Part shown: one piece after another, positions 39,426 to 52,968 of the stretch | Position numbering within the stretch: the stretch's first letter is position 1 | Layout of the letters: every line of letters begins with the position of its first letter | NCBI GenBank assembly: GCA_965153355.1 | Contig: OZ231126.1 | Coordinates: 23,126,001 to 23,190,000 of the forward strand | Length of the DNA stretch: 64,000 nucleotides | Direction: 5' to 3' | Source: Flaccisagitta enflata | Lineage: Eukaryota | The notes under the pieces: model-generated | What the model saw: the letters and a program-made list of their open reading frames with translations, nothing else | The model's database searches: none | What the model was told of the DNA's origin: nothing | Program-made: the position numbers and the translations under genes

Positions 39426-40699
39426 AGACTTTATCCAATCACCCCCAAATTTTGGACTATTCATCCATGTGGGAAATGGTCACATTTTCGCCGTGGGCAT
39501 CATAAGATTTGACTATGAGCCCACTTTAGGCCACCCTAATACCAAGGCTTTCTGTGTTTTAGTTTCTACCAACTTAGATCCATTTAAAACAGTTGTGCAA
39601 AATCGAGTCTTCTTGCACAATTGGCACAGTAATTGGTAAACAGGCGTTAGGTTACGGCATTAGTGGGGTGGGATGAAAACAAAAAGAAATTTACCATTAT
39701 CTTTATTTCATTTCCGAATCACATGATTTAGGTTACGCAATATTGTCACCAGACGCTCAGGTGCCCCTCACCAGTTTCCATTTGAATGTATTAGTGGGAG
39801 GGTCCGTAAAAAAATTGAAAAAAAATAGAAAATTCGCATTTTGTACAGTGGGGTTTGTGCCAAATACGCTGAAAGAACATTAGTATCTTCTGTAAGAAAT
39901 AGCTCGTTTGACCATTGGCATTGCTAGGGAGCATCATTTAATTGTTGCTAGATATGACGCTCCCTAGTAAGTGGTTCACAATCAATGTTTTTACCGTCCA
40001 TACTAAGGGAAAGTTATAGCAAACTTCATTCTGAGCAATGTTCCTTCTGCAAATATTTTCAAAAGATTGTTTTTTTAGCAATTATGAAGGATCAAAAAAA
40101 TGTTGGTTTCCATGGCAACCAACAAAGTCAGGCACACAAGTATCAATTGAGCACCTAAATTTCAAATATACAGTTAGTCAAATTAAATTGAGATACTTAA
40201 ATAGCTTCATCCAGTTTAGGGTATTAATGCACTTACCCCACTGTATGCATCAAGATACCAGTTCAATTCACAAGACACTTTCTTGTCACTACTCACTACA
40301 CAGGCCAATATTGTTATCAAATTCCTCACCCAAAAAAGTGACAATGGCAAACAAGAGTAATTTGAGATGTTTAAAAGCGGCGAAAGTTTTAAGAGCACCA
40401 AAGCTGGGTTCAAAATAAGTCATTGCCAATTATAAAAGGGTAGCATTGAATGAAGGAATGCATTCTATTTACAAGACAAATATGACATAGTAAGACATAC
40501 GAGTTGTAACTTCTTGCCCGCGAAAGTTTTTGAAAAGCCACTTTTTTCTCAACAGGATTCTTTTGAATATTTCACATACATTGATTTTAAAAAAATCAGA
40601 ATTTTTCTTTCTTTCTTTTTTTTCTTTCTTTCTTTCTTTCTTTCTTTTTTTTTTTTCTTTTTTTGGACCAACAATATTCATCCACTTTTCCACGGGGTC

Positions 40700-41953
40700 T
40701 TAAACGTGATTTCCGCTGACTGCCTCGTCATAGTTGGGTGGTAGGTCCACGTCACCCGCGTCAATTACGTCACCGACCATCGCGCCATGTTCGGAGACGA
40801 CAGGAACGCCACCGATGGCGCAGCCGCCGGCTTGATCATTTTTGAACGCTGGCGTCGCTGATGAAGTGACAAAATAGATTTCGTCGGTGCGGTCGTCATC
40901 GTCGTGAGCGCAGCAGCAACCGCCGCAGCAACTGCAAGCGTCGTCTTGACGAATGGCGATGGAAGCGGCGACGATGCCCCAAATGGAAAAGCAGAAGTGA
41001 AGCGCGGCGGTAGTGGTCACGAGGAAGTGGAATGCAAACAACGATCCATCGTATCCTACGTATCCATCATCAAAGCGAGCATTCACAAGGGCAGCGGCGG
41101 AGATAGCCAATTCCGTTGAACATAGCGCGAGTTGAAGGATGTTTAGAACCAAGAAAGAGATCAGCGATGAGTTTTCGCCGAATCTCCACGCGCGAAAACC
41201 GCAAAAGGCGGCGAGCAGATAAACTGGTGCGCACCACAATGACATCCCCATTCGCTGTAGATGGAGCGAACGGTGATCGTCATCGTCGCTTTGCACGCCA
41301 TAAGCGACGATGAAGAGAATGATGCAAGCGGCGACGGCGGAAACGATTGTCGACGCCAGCTGACTGATCCAATTGAAGCGCAGGGAATTGTTGCGAGCCT
41401 TGACGTTGCTGTGGACTTCCGGCAGCGTTGTGGCTTTGACACTGTCGCCGCATCCTTCACGATGAAGCGCCTGGGAAGTGATGACGATAGCCCAAACGAC
41501 GGCAAAAAGCTCGGCGAACGCGGCGAGAATCGAAGCGGACAACATGAATACCGCGATTCGATAATCGCTCTCGGAGCAAACTGGTGTGACGTGGTACCCG
41601 CAGCGATAAATGTGCTCTTTTACAGCATACTCAAAGATGACGAAGTAAAAAAATGCTGCGCCGAAGGTGACGTTGAGGACGGCGAGAACCAATGCGCCGA
41701 TGGTGCAACAAAAGTTGCGTTTGTATCCGGCAATAAACATGACGATGCCGCCGGTGACGAAAAGCATGCCACACCACCCGCCGGGACAAAAGGCTAACAA
41801 AGCGGAATTGTGCCATTTTTCGGCATGAAATACGGAGAGGCCGATGCCAAATGCCATGGCAATCACTCCAGCGACAATCTGGATGATGCCATTGATAATG
41901 GCAGCCTTTGAGCTCAGAGCCATGTAAGGAACGCCACAACTCCCACTACACAT
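40700..41953 (-). CDS. Intronless 417-aa multi-pass membrane protein with two tandem MS4A/CD20-like 4-TM units
   Basis: Long GC-richer ORF with about 8 hydrophobic segments. Unit 1: GIIQIVAG...GGWCGMLFVTGG...LVLAVLN. Unit 2: QLASTIVS...SLWCAPVYLLAAFCG...FLVLNIL. Juxtamembrane CSCCGGCCC and C-terminal LPPNYDEAV (PPxY). Confidence 0.88.
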   Translation of the reverse strand: MCSGSCGVPYMALSSKAAIINGIIQIVAGVIAMAFGIGLSVFHAEKWHNSALLAFCPGGWCGMLFVTGGIVMFIAGYKRNFCCTIGALVLAVLNVTFGAAFFYFVIFEYAVKEHIYRCGYHVTPVCSESDYRIAVFMLSASILAAFAELFAVVWAIVITSQALHREGCGDSVKATTLPEVHSNVKARNNSLRFNWISQLASTIVSAVAACIILFIVAYGVQSDDDDHRSLHLQRMGMSLWCAPVYLLAAFCGFRAWRFGENSSLISFLVLNILQLALCSTELAISAAALVNARFDDGYVGYDGSLFAFHFLVTTTAALHFCFSIWGIVAASIAIRQDDACSCCGGCCCAHDDDDRTDEIYFVTSSATPAFKNDQAGGCAIGGVPVVSEHGAMVGDVIDAGDVDLPPNYDEAVSGNHV

Positions 41954-43320
41954 CTTCTTGCCGTCTTAGTTTTTCATGATTGTTTAAGGATGATATGATT
42001 TTAGTTAGTCTTTATTTTGCTTGATTTCTTTCTCTTTTTGTTTAGTGGTAGAACAGTCGTTTTTGCCTTGAAATAAATGAGTATGGGATATGAGGAATTC
42101 AATTTGATATTTGGATTTAGTGACTAAACTTTTTCAGTTCCCTTGAGGTCGTTAAATCGGGTTTCCCGCTGTACTTTAATTCCTTATTACGACGAGTTTA
42201 CAACCCCTGACCATGCCAAAGATTTTCTTTTTTTTTGTTTGAATTTCATGAAAATCGAATGATCGAAATGGTAATTCAAAAAGACGTAGACTAACATGTT
42301 TGACGGCTTTGTGTTGAGATCAAAATTTTTAGTTGCGGACACGCAAATCTATAGGAGGATTTGTCCGTCCATCAGTCCGTGCGTCGATCCGTTGGTCCAT
42401 CCTTGATGATTTAGTCGAAAAGTGGAACAGGTCACCAAAGGGCATTTCCTCTGTCTGTTCGTCCATGTGTCTCTCCATATATGTTGCATGTTAAGCGCCA
42501 TACACACAGACACAGTCCGGATGCATCGTTGCCTGGTCGGGCTGGTTTATCTGATAACTAAATCGGGTTCTAATTTGGCATACTTTTATCCACCTTGCAT
42601 AAATATAGTTTGTCCAAGTCAAGACATCTACTATATTGATCTTCTACACTGTCTTTAAATCGGTTTGACTTTTAGTAAACCTTCATAACTTGAAAGCTAT
42701 CATAAGAAAAGTCTTCAAATTTTCAGTGTATGTAGGAGTATGCTCTATTTTACTTCCTTATTCTAAATGATTGAGGATACATAAAGCAAATTACGCTCAT
42801 CTTGTAGATTTTTAGTCAAGTGGACCCAACTCTGTAACCTACTATTTCCATTGGATAGATGGTGGGTAGCTTTACTGTTTCAACGTTTATGGGCGTTTTT
42901 TGCACAACTGCCCCTGCCCAAATGCGCAGCTAGCCTTTTATAGAAATCATTAATGTAATCATTGATTAAAAAACACCTCATCTGATATTTAACGATTCCC
43001 CATACAATAATTCATTGAATATCTAGTTGATAAAATATTTCATACCACAGGTATACAGTAGATGTCGTCTATACTTGGAAATACGGGGGCCCTCATATCC
43101 TAATTGCCATTTGTGCAAATGAAATGAAACTATGTGTGTATAATGCTTATGTCCCATGAGGTTGACGATGGGGTATTGCAGCTCTGTTAATAGAAAATTC
43201 TTTTGAATTTACTAAATCAAATTCGCTTGACATTCAGTCTCTGGAATTGGTCTAGTAGTTAACTCACTTGACTTCAGGTTTATCTTGATCAGTTTATTTA
43301 GTCAAGGGTTCCAGGTTTAA

Positions 43321-45474
43321 CAGTGGGCGCCATGCTGATGGTAGAAATCATTTCTATAACGAAATCATTTCTATAAAGGAATCTTTTCTATCTAGAAAAG
43401 AATTCTATAGCCGAATCTTTTCTTATCATGAATCTCTCAGGTATAGGAGATAAAATGACGTAGATGATGATTCGCTATGGCAGTTGGGCTATTGCTTATA
43501 ATGACTCATTTGGTGTGTCTCCATTGACAACAATCGCGGTTAATCCCAGGCGTCGCGTCGCCTTAAAATCGTGAACACATTTTCAATCATTAATATTAAT
43601 CATCTTATGAGAGATTGAGGGGGTGAGCAAAGTGACTTAGTGAGCCAGGGAATGAAAAGAATCAATAGACAGAATCAAGATTGAACAGATAGAATCGCGA
43701 TATGCAATTGAACAGACAGAAATTGGATTAAAGCATCAAAATCGGGATTGAACGGACAAAATTGTTATTAGGCAAACAGAAACAGCAGACGGAATCATAA
43801 GTTAACAGAAATAATCAGGAGTTAACAGAAGTAATCAGGAGTTAACAGACAGTCAGGAGTCAACAGACAAAATCGTAAGTCAGACGGAATTGTGAATCAT
43901 CAGACAGAATCAGGAGTCTACGGACGGAATCGCGAGTCTACAGACGGAATCGCGAGTCTACAGACAGAATCGGAAGTCTACAGACGGAATCGCGAGTCTA
44001 CAGATGGAATCGCGAGTCTACAGACAGAATCGCGAGTCTACAGACAGAATCGCGAGTCTACAGACGGAATCGCGAGTCTACAGACGCAATCGCGAGTCTA
44101 CAGACGCAATCGCGAGTCTACAGACGGAATTGCGAGTCTACAGACGCAATCGCGAGTCTACAGACGGAATCGCGAGTCTACAGACGGATTCGCGAGTCTA
44201 CAGACGGATTTGCGAGTCTACAGACGGAATCGCGAGTCTACAGACGGAATCGCAAGTCTACAGACGGAATCGCAGTCTACAGCGGAATCGCGAGTCTACA
44301 GATCGCGAGTCTGACGGAATCGCGAGTCTACAGACGGATCGCGAGTCTACAGACGGAATCGCGAGTCTACAGACGGAATTGCGAGTCTACAGACGGAGTC
44401 GCAAGTGTACAGACGGAATCGCGAGTGTACAGACGGAATCGCGAGTGTACAGACGGAATCGCGAGTGTACAGACGGAATCGCGAGTGTACAGACGGAATC
44501 GCGAGTCTACAGACGGAATCGCGAGTCTACAGACGGAATCGCGAGTCTACAGACGGAATCGCGAGTCTACAGACGGAATCGCGAGTCTACAGACGGAATC
44601 TTGAGTCTACAGACGGAATCGTGAGTCTACAGACGGAATCGCGAGTCTACAGACGGAATCGCGAGTCTACAGACGGAATCGCGAGTCTACAGACGGAATC
44701 GCGAGTCTACAGACGGAATCGCGAGTCTACAGACGGAATCGCGAGTCTACAGACGGAATCGCGAGTCTACAGACGGAATTGCGAGTCTACAGACAGAATC
44801 GCGAGTCTACAGACGGAATCGCGAGTCTACAGACGGAATCGCGAGTCTACAGACGGAATCGCGAGTCTACAGACGGAATCGCGAGTCTACAGACGGAATT
44901 GCGAGTTTACAGACGGAATCGCGAGTCTACAGATGGAATCGCGAGTCTACAGATGGAATCGCGAGTCTACAGATGGAATCGCGAGTCTACAGATGGAATC
45001 GCGAGTCTACAGATGGAATCGCGAGTCTACAGATGGAATCGCGAGTCTACAGATGGAATCGCGAGTCTACAGATGGAATCGCGAGTCTACAGATGGAATC
45101 GCGAGTCTACAGATGGAATTGCGAGTCTACAGACAACCCGACAGCCATAACGAATCATCAATGAGTAGCGTGCAGATATTAAGCGTTCTTTACGTAATCT
45201 TAGAATATCACCTGCGCTATTGTTGCATCCTTTAAACACGATCATTTCATTTCCGCTACATAATCCTGTGAGTTCCCCCTTCCAACTGAGTCAAGTCATG
45301 CAATAGCCTAACAGCGATAACAAATCATTGTCTACGTCATTATATCTCCTACAACTGAGAGATTCATGATGTGAAGAGACTTGGCCATAGAAATCTTTCC
45401 TAGATAGAAAAGTTTTGTTAATGGAAGTGATTTCGCTATGGAAAAGATTTCTACCATTAGCATGCCACCCACTG
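43321..45474. mobile_element. TTAA-targeting non-autonomous DNA transposon with ~190-bp imperfect TIRs carrying a minisatellite
   Basis: ttaa-CAGTGGGCGCCATGCTGATGGTAGAAATC ... GATTTCTACCATTAGCATGCCACCCACTG-ttga. The empty site GGT[TTAA]ATCC is seen in the sister MITE at about 23157-23167. Confidence 0.8.
43880..45135. repeat. 20-bp minisatellite ACAGACGGAATCGCGAGTCT, roughly 60 units
   Basis: Direct reading; no spacers between units. Confidence 0.97.
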
Positions 45475-45924
45475 TTGAATCCCGGACTGGTTTTGCACTT
45501 TAAGCAAATAGATGAAGCTGAAATTCTGCAAAAAAAGTGATTGATCCTAAAATCTTATACTTAAAGTTTTTTTTTTTCTATGGTAAGTCGTAGGGGGATG
45601 CCATACCCTATCGTCAGCCTCATAGGGTCTATACATTATATCAGCAAAATATGAGTCCCCTCACTATACTGATGCTCAGGTTATGAGCTCCCCCGTCTTT
45701 CCAAGTCTAGACGACATCTACTGTATATGAACTTTTTTACAAGGTAGTAGATAGTATCACATGCGCATGTGGAAATTCTTAGAAGCTCCACAAAAGAATT
45801 TCTACTATTCAGGGTGATATTCAATATGTATAATTGGATGGAAATAAAGTGCTTCGCTCCCCTCATCCAATCATCATTCGTTATTTGACTTCTTTTAGTC
45901 AATCTGTAAAAAGTAACCACATTA

Positions 45925-47172
45925 GGAATGAAGTCAACCTCCGAAATGACAACTAGGACCTTGACATTTTTTTAACCAGATTTGCAATTGAGGCTCATGG
46001 CTCAATCCAAATGAAAGGTCTCTGGGTTAGTTAAAAACTTCGTTTTTTTAATGAAATCATCAAATTGAGTCATTTTCTAAGGTCTAAGGTTTAAGGTCTA
46101 AGGTTTCTAAGGTCAGCAGTGATTCAGCTCTTGAAAGGCGATTTCTGGTACGTAGGACGTACGTACGCACACTGGAAAATAAGGCATGCTGACCCGTCTG
46201 TACCATCTGTTTGGAGTCTGTGAGCGCAATGGTTCACATTTTTGTACATAGAGGCCGCCTCTTTTGATTACAAGAAAGTGCAATGAAAACAAAAAACTCT
46301 TACTCCCCTGCAGATTCTCCTGCCTGTCAGCTGTCTCTGCTGTTGCCCTGCTGCTTTTTGGTCCCGTTTTTTGAGTGAAAAAATCGATGAAAGATGGGAT
46401 GATGGATTTCCATCTTGCAATGAACAGATATTGCAACTATTTTCCATGTGCTATAACTCTTAAAGTGATAAAAAGTGTATCTTCAGATTTTAAACCTAGG
46501 ATCGTTATTGCCATAGCAACAGGTAGAGCCTAATCTTTCCATGGCAAAAGGCGGCAATAGATTTTTTTCTGTCTCAGTAATGACATAAAGAGGAAAACAA
46601 TACTTAAAGTTACTTTCTGGGCAATACAAGATAATGAATTGTTGGAAACTGGTGTGGATCGCTTTCCATAAGGCCTATCTATAGATCTATCAATCAAAAA
46701 AAGAAATAAAAAATTCATTATTTATTCGCCATATCACTAAGAAAACGACCTTAGTGGTACGTACGTAGGACTTTTGTCGCAGTTAAGAGATCTTACATTT
46801 CAAGAAAATTCAAGAAAATTGAGCCATAATTTAGTTTTAGTTGAATTATGTAAAAACGATGAATCTCAGAAAAAAATGAAAAATCAGATTTTATTCAGTG
46901 CGCATGGAACGTGATACCTAACATATTTCTGACGATAGAAAAGGCCTCTGGTTTTACCAACCTTTTAAAACAACTCAATGCTGAGACACTATAGCTGATA
47001 ACTGGTCTTGCAGAAGGGAACCTTTGAAAAAATAGATGACTTTTTCCAGCAAAAACTGACAAAAACATTTTTACTTCACTCTTAGTAATTTTCAAAAGTC
47101 TTTCACAATCATCAGATAAAAACTAAAAAGTGTCTTGGTGCCAAGTGTCATTTCGGAGGTTGACTTCATACC
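45925..47172. mobile_element. Non-autonomous DNA transposon (possibly Kolobok-like)
   Basis: TIR GGAATGAAGTCAACCTCCGAAATGACA / TGTCATTTCGGAGGTTGACTTCATACC; the TSD is degenerate. Confidence 0.75.
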
Positions 47173-47618
47173 AGTAAATCGAACCACTCTTGAGTAGTCT
47201 GCGTAATTGGCTTGAGGTAGCAAGTCATGAGTTTCGCGGAGAGTTTCCTGGTAAGTGGAGTCGTATCTGGACTTCGCGGAGAGATGCCTGCGCCTGTTTA
47301 GTCACGTCATATTTGGAATTGATACGCATAAGACGTACAAATCAGACGATCTGGATTTCAGCTATCTCTTAGGATGAATCATCAAACCTCCTTTATTGCT
47401 CTCTCAAAGTCGAGCATCATTGGACAATAAGGCCTTGCGGGTTTGGCCGTGAGAAGGCCGAGGCTCGGTTTTGAGGCTAAACCCAAAATTCGGTTTTGCT
47501 TACAAAACCGACCTTTCTTTCTAAGAATTTTTACTTCTATATTAATCTTTCATTCTACCATTCATCAAACTATTTTCTTTTTTTTCTCACCTTTATGATC
47601 AAATTATGTGTTTATATG

Positions 47619-47673
<55 letters not shown>

Positions 47674-47679
47674 GTCTCT

Positions 47680-47771
<92 letters not shown>

Positions 47772-49465
47772 CTCTCTTTCGCTCTCTCTCTTTTCTTCTA
47801 TTCTCTCTCTCTTTATACTTGCATTTATTTCTTTATTTTTTTCTTATTATGTTGTCCAAACAAATTTTTTTCCCTTTTTGCTCATATCTTTTTTCTGTTT
47901 TTTTTTTTTTTTTTTTTTTTGCTGTTTCACTATGTATGTGTGTGTTTGTTCATTACATTTTTAAAAAACTGATTTTCTTTTTTTCTCTATTTTTTTTTCT
48001 ATCTACTTTTTTACTAACTAAACCCGACATAAACCCGAGGAAAGGTTTTGGGGTATTCCGAACCCGAACCGAAACCGCGGAAAAAAAACGCCATACGCAA
48101 GGCGACAAAGGGGACAAAAACGGCTAAATACAGTACACCAACTAAAACGATCTTTAAGGTGTTTTTAGAGTTTGATGATTCTTTTCGAAATCTGTCTGTC
48201 CCTCTTCATGTCACACATGAACACCGCGAAATTCAGTATACATAGTGACACAGTCAGTAAGCGTCGTTGCCCCATCGGGCGAGTTTATTTATTCATCAGT
48301 ACATTAGTGGAAAGCATTTGCGACTTGGTGTTGATTGCATCAAACCCAACACACGACAACAGTCGCCGATGGTTGGACAATGGGCAGGGGCAGTGATGCT
48401 AAAACCGCTCGCAAATTATTAGTTCATACATGATAACAAAACATGACGAGCACACACCAAGGTATGTCTTGAGTAAATTGTATGTCCCAATACATACCAA
48501 AAAAGGCGGCTATCGCCAACCAGAAAAAATTCGTAAACCTGGGATGTTTTTTCCCTGACAAGTCTCCTGACAAGTCTCCTGTCCCCTTTTGGGCAGCGGC
48601 CCCGAAGGGGCCGATGACCTATGCTTTCACACATAGGGGAAATTTTTCCTTCTTCTCCTTCTTCTCCGTCCACCCCCATCGAAGCTCATATCCTGGCCTT
48701 GGGGCCCAAATCCTAGTCTTGAGGCCCAAATCTTAGCCTTTAGGCCCAAATCACAGCCTCATGGCTCAAATCACAGCCTAAAGCCTCAAATCACAGCCTC
48801 AAGCCTCAAATCACAGCCATAAGGCTCAAATGACAGCCATGAGGCTCAAATGACAGCCTCCTGGGTCAAATCACAGCCTAGAGACTCAAATCCCAGCCTC
48901 GAGGCTCATATTCCAGCCTAAAGCCTCAAATCCCAGCCTCAAGCTTCAAATCCCAGCCTTGAGGCTCAAATCACAGCCTTGAGGCTCAAATTGCAGCCTC
49001 AGACTCAAATCACAGCCTCGAGGCTCAAATCACAGTCTTGAGGCTCAAATCCCCTTATTGATGCTCAAATTCAATCCTAGAACTCCAAAACTTACTAAGC
49101 ATAGGTCATCGGCCCCTTTGGGGCCGCTGCCCCTCTCACCATCACACACCTACATATACTCACATAGGGGCAACGGGTACCGCTGACCATCTAACGCTTT
49201 TGCGACTATTTTATTTAGACAAGCAAAAATTCCCTCCATGACATGCTTCGAGACTTTTGTTCTTGCAGGCAAGCTCAGTCAAATCAGTCAAAAAAGTCAT
49301 TTTTCAGTTGTTTTCTGACAAGTTTTTGGTCAGTTTTGATAAAGTTTCAGGCCATGTAAGCAGGCCTGCATCTTTTTAAAACCCACTGGTGCACTTATTT
49401 TGTACAAACTTACTAGCATGAACAATCATTACCTGGGACATTTCATAGTCCATGTATACTTCAAC

Positions 49466-49981
49466 CAGGGGCGTATTTGAGCCCAAATTTTTGGGGCAGC
49501 AAGCCAAAATCTGTGTCCCAACAAGTTTTGTGTTCCAATGATTTTTCTATTACCTATGTAGCTAATTATGCAACTAATTTTACTTATTAGTATTGCTTTT
49601 TAATGTCACTGTTGTTTTATCAAAGGAAGTCTTGCTTTACTACAGTGTAAAATGTTTACTATCTAAAACATAAACAAGCTAAAGGATGATGTTTTGTCAT
49701 ATGACGTGAAGAATAGTTATTATCAAAGATTTTGTAACATTTTGAGCATTGTACTTTTCGCCTCTTGGGTGGAAGCAGAATCGTTTTCCATCCAACATTT
49801 TTAAAAAGAATTTCGATTTTTTGGTGAAAACTTGGAAAAGAAAAATGATTCAGATCAATTTGGCTGCTGAAGAAGGTCAAGGGCATCAACCTAGACAACT
49901 AAATGAATGGCCAAGGGGATGAATAGGCTCTGTAGATCAATCCCATAAAACCGCATTGTATTACAGCTAGAAACATTTATG

Positions 49982-50057
<76 letters not shown>

Positions 50058-50133
50058 GTGTCCCAATGGGGTTTGTGCCCCAACAAAAAAGGCAGAAGCT
50101 GCTGCCCCTGACGCCCCGTCAAATACGCCCCTG
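49466..50133 (-). mobile_element. Internally deleted hAT element with a zinc-finger coding remnant
   Basis: TIR CAGGGGCGTATTTGA / TCAAATACGCCCCTG and perfect 8-bp TSD ACTTCAAC. Minus-strand frame PPKRRKVQCSKCYKIFDNNYSSRHMTKHHP. Confidence 0.92.
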
Positions 50134-51136
50134 ACTTCAACTAACTCAATATCTCATTTTCGGGAAAAATACGAAAAACGCCATTTGAAAGAAAAAAATC
50201 TGCTCTTCCTTAGCTGTGAATGTAAAAAAATGTAAACTCCCGGTTGGGTAATGGCTCAACTTTCCCAAATTGCCATACGTTTCAAAAAGTCGAATTAGAT
50301 AAAAAAAATGACAGACCAAACGACTGACAGACGAACCGGATCAGTAACGTAAAGAGTCGTGTGTCCGCGACTAAAAAAAGGCTATACAGATAAAAGTAGA
50401 TTTGTGGTAACAACCTACTCAAAATGTTGCACCCCCCCCCCAACAGGTAAGACTAGAGAAACCAGTAGCGTTTTTCTAGGGTAGCTGTATACTCATGACA
50501 TTATAAATGGCACCACCAAGACAATATTTGAATTTTCCCTTAAGTCAGGAGTTCTGATTTTATGAGAGGGTAAAATCTTTTCTTTTCCAATCTCTTAAAA
50601 AACAGATTTTGTATTTTTTATGGGCTATCATATGACTTGGAGAACCAAATTCAAAAATTGCCGTTGAGACGCCACATCTATTGATATAAACTTTCAGCCA
50701 TTACCCCAAAAATCCTTTTTGCATTGATAATCTGGGCAGCAGGTGGGAGTGCAACGGTTTTGAGGGGACTCTAACGTTGTTTTTCCCTAATGAAAATATC
50801 AGTAAGTCTTTTGACAGGAAACAAGGCCGGATACATGGCAATCCAGTCGCGGACGGTTGGGCAGGAGCAGTAATGCAAAAACCGCTCGGAATTCAAAAAT
50901 GTGACGGACCTACCGACCTACCGACCGACCGACCGACCGACACGGCAAGGTGTAGAGTCGCGTGTCCGCGACTAAAAATTTGATACCGTACAGGATTTTA
51001 AGAAATGACTCAATTATCATGAAGACGTGGGAGGGCTGTTGAAACATTTATGATTATGACCTTTTTTAATCGGTCTACTAAAATTGATTCATGAAAGTGA
51101 TAGGAAAAGAAAAGAAAAGAAAAGAGAGAGGGGAAG

Positions 51137-51210
<74 letters not shown>

Positions 51211-51349
51211 ACAGGCTGTCAATGCCTAATCAAATATGAAAAGAAAAAAAATCATGATTTAATCATGTTTTCATGTGATTCAAATGTTGATTGGTATCTA
51301 TATTTATCCTCATTACTACTTCACTTCTTCGCGTATATTTCAATAATAA

Positions 51350-51830
51350 TCTTCGTTGGCAAGATGGATTGTCCAGAAAGCTGTGTACAAAACTGAATTG
51401 AGACTCATCATATTATGTATGACTACTGCGTAGTCTTGCTCCACCATGAAGCAGGGGTCTTCTTGTGGGTGCCTCTTCTAATCTTTCTACATCTATCCTT
51501 CTCAAGAACACCTGGCTCTGACATCGCCTCATCAGACTTGAAGAAAAGGAACATCCAATAACCAACATCCAACATCCAACACCCTTCTGAATCCCAAATA
51601 CTCGTAACCTAGTATTTTTAACTATTTATTGTTATATGGTAGCATATAGCCATATACCATCTTGTTTAATTGTTTATTCAACTTTTTTTTGTTAATTTTC
51701 TCTATCTACTTGTAAGTTTTTGTCATGTATATTTTTTGTATTCTCTTCTTTTTTTGAAGAATACTTACTAATGAAACTCTTGCACTAAAAGGGCTAGCTA
51801 GAGCAAGCCCGTCGTATATTTGAAGAAAAC
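51350..51830 (+). mobile_element. Possible 3' relic of a non-LTR retrotransposon
   Basis: DCPESCVQN*IETHHIMYD resembles a C-terminal CxxC..ET..H..C knuckle, followed by a T-rich UTR-like tract and a GGGCT...AGCCC hairpin. Weak. Confidence 0.3.
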
Positions 51831-52968
51831 AAATTTTGTGACAAAAATAGACTTAGACGTTTGAGGCTTAGTCATAGTCCTCCCCGACAAAACATTTTAT
51901 TCCATGATGGTAACCGCTGTTTGATTTGATTTGACTTGAGATAAGAAAAAGTTGCCTTTTTACATTTTAATAAGTCTGTCTAAGTAAAAGTCCTCAATTC
52001 TTTACACAGTGCAGGAACACACAAAAAAAAACAAGCAGGAATAATGATAACCAAATCACCAATTTGAACATGCATAAAGCAAATGGGAATCAACGGAAAT
52101 TTATCAGTAACAGATGGGAACATGCATTACGTATGCAAGAAAGAGCAATATCGCCTCATTATTAGGAGCATTCAAGATATGTACAGGAACATATTAGTTA
52201 TAGACGGAAACATACACAAAGCAATTGGGAATGAGCAGAAACCTATCAGGACTTGACTGGAAAATGTACAAAACTAATGGGAATGAGCAGGAACACATTA
52301 GAAATATGCAGGGCATACATAAAACAAGTGGGAATGAGCATAGACATATCAGATTCGGACACCATTATCTTCATTTTCAATCAAGTTTTAAGTCATTGAT
52401 TAGAATTCATTTGATAAGGCTCTTTCTATAATCTTACAAAAAATAATCTTAAATTCATGAATATTATTTGATAAAACAATAGGAAAAGATATTTTTTTTT
52501 TAACAAGTGAGGACAGCTATCGCCGACCGATAAAAATACATAAAGAATGTGATTTGTTTTCTTCCACTTCCAGTTATTTGTTCTCATTGAATGAATGAAT
52601 GAATGAATGAATGAATGAATGAATGAATGAATGAATGAATGAATCTATTTACGATTACAGTCAGAAATTTCAAAACACAAATTATTGTTAAAATTCCCGC
52701 TCTGAGGGATAGCTAATGAAAGTCGATTATGACTTTTTAGGTGCGCAAACGCGCCCCTATAACTGGCTGTGTTGGTCAGTCGGTTGGTCGGTCGGTTCGT
52801 TGGTTGGTCTGTCGGTCGGTAAAGAAAACGTTTGACGATAAGCCAACTTGGCCTTGTTTCCAAAAGGATCCCCTATTTTCACAAATCCAATTTAGACCAA
52901 ATCGATCAAAAAATACATATCAATGAAATCAGGTAAAAAATGTGTTGTAGATTCATATTTGATACTTG

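Larger units (their letters stand above)
43056..45723. mobile_element. Tc1/mariner-type MITE (inverted copy of the 22919-23385 family) split by a nested element
   Basis: TA-CAGTAGATGTCGTCTATACTTGGAAATACGGGGG ... CCCCCGTCTTTCCAAGTCTAGACGACATCTACTG-TA. Confidence 0.88.

Noticed and set aside
41261-41797. Plus-strand 178-aa ORF and neighbours
   Set aside because: Antisense shadows of the 417-aa membrane protein.
43880-45135. CRISPR-like array or repeat-protein ORFs (up to 276 aa)
   Set aside because: Contiguous 20-bp units with no spacers, no cas genes and a eukaryotic context; the ORFs are by-products of the repeat.
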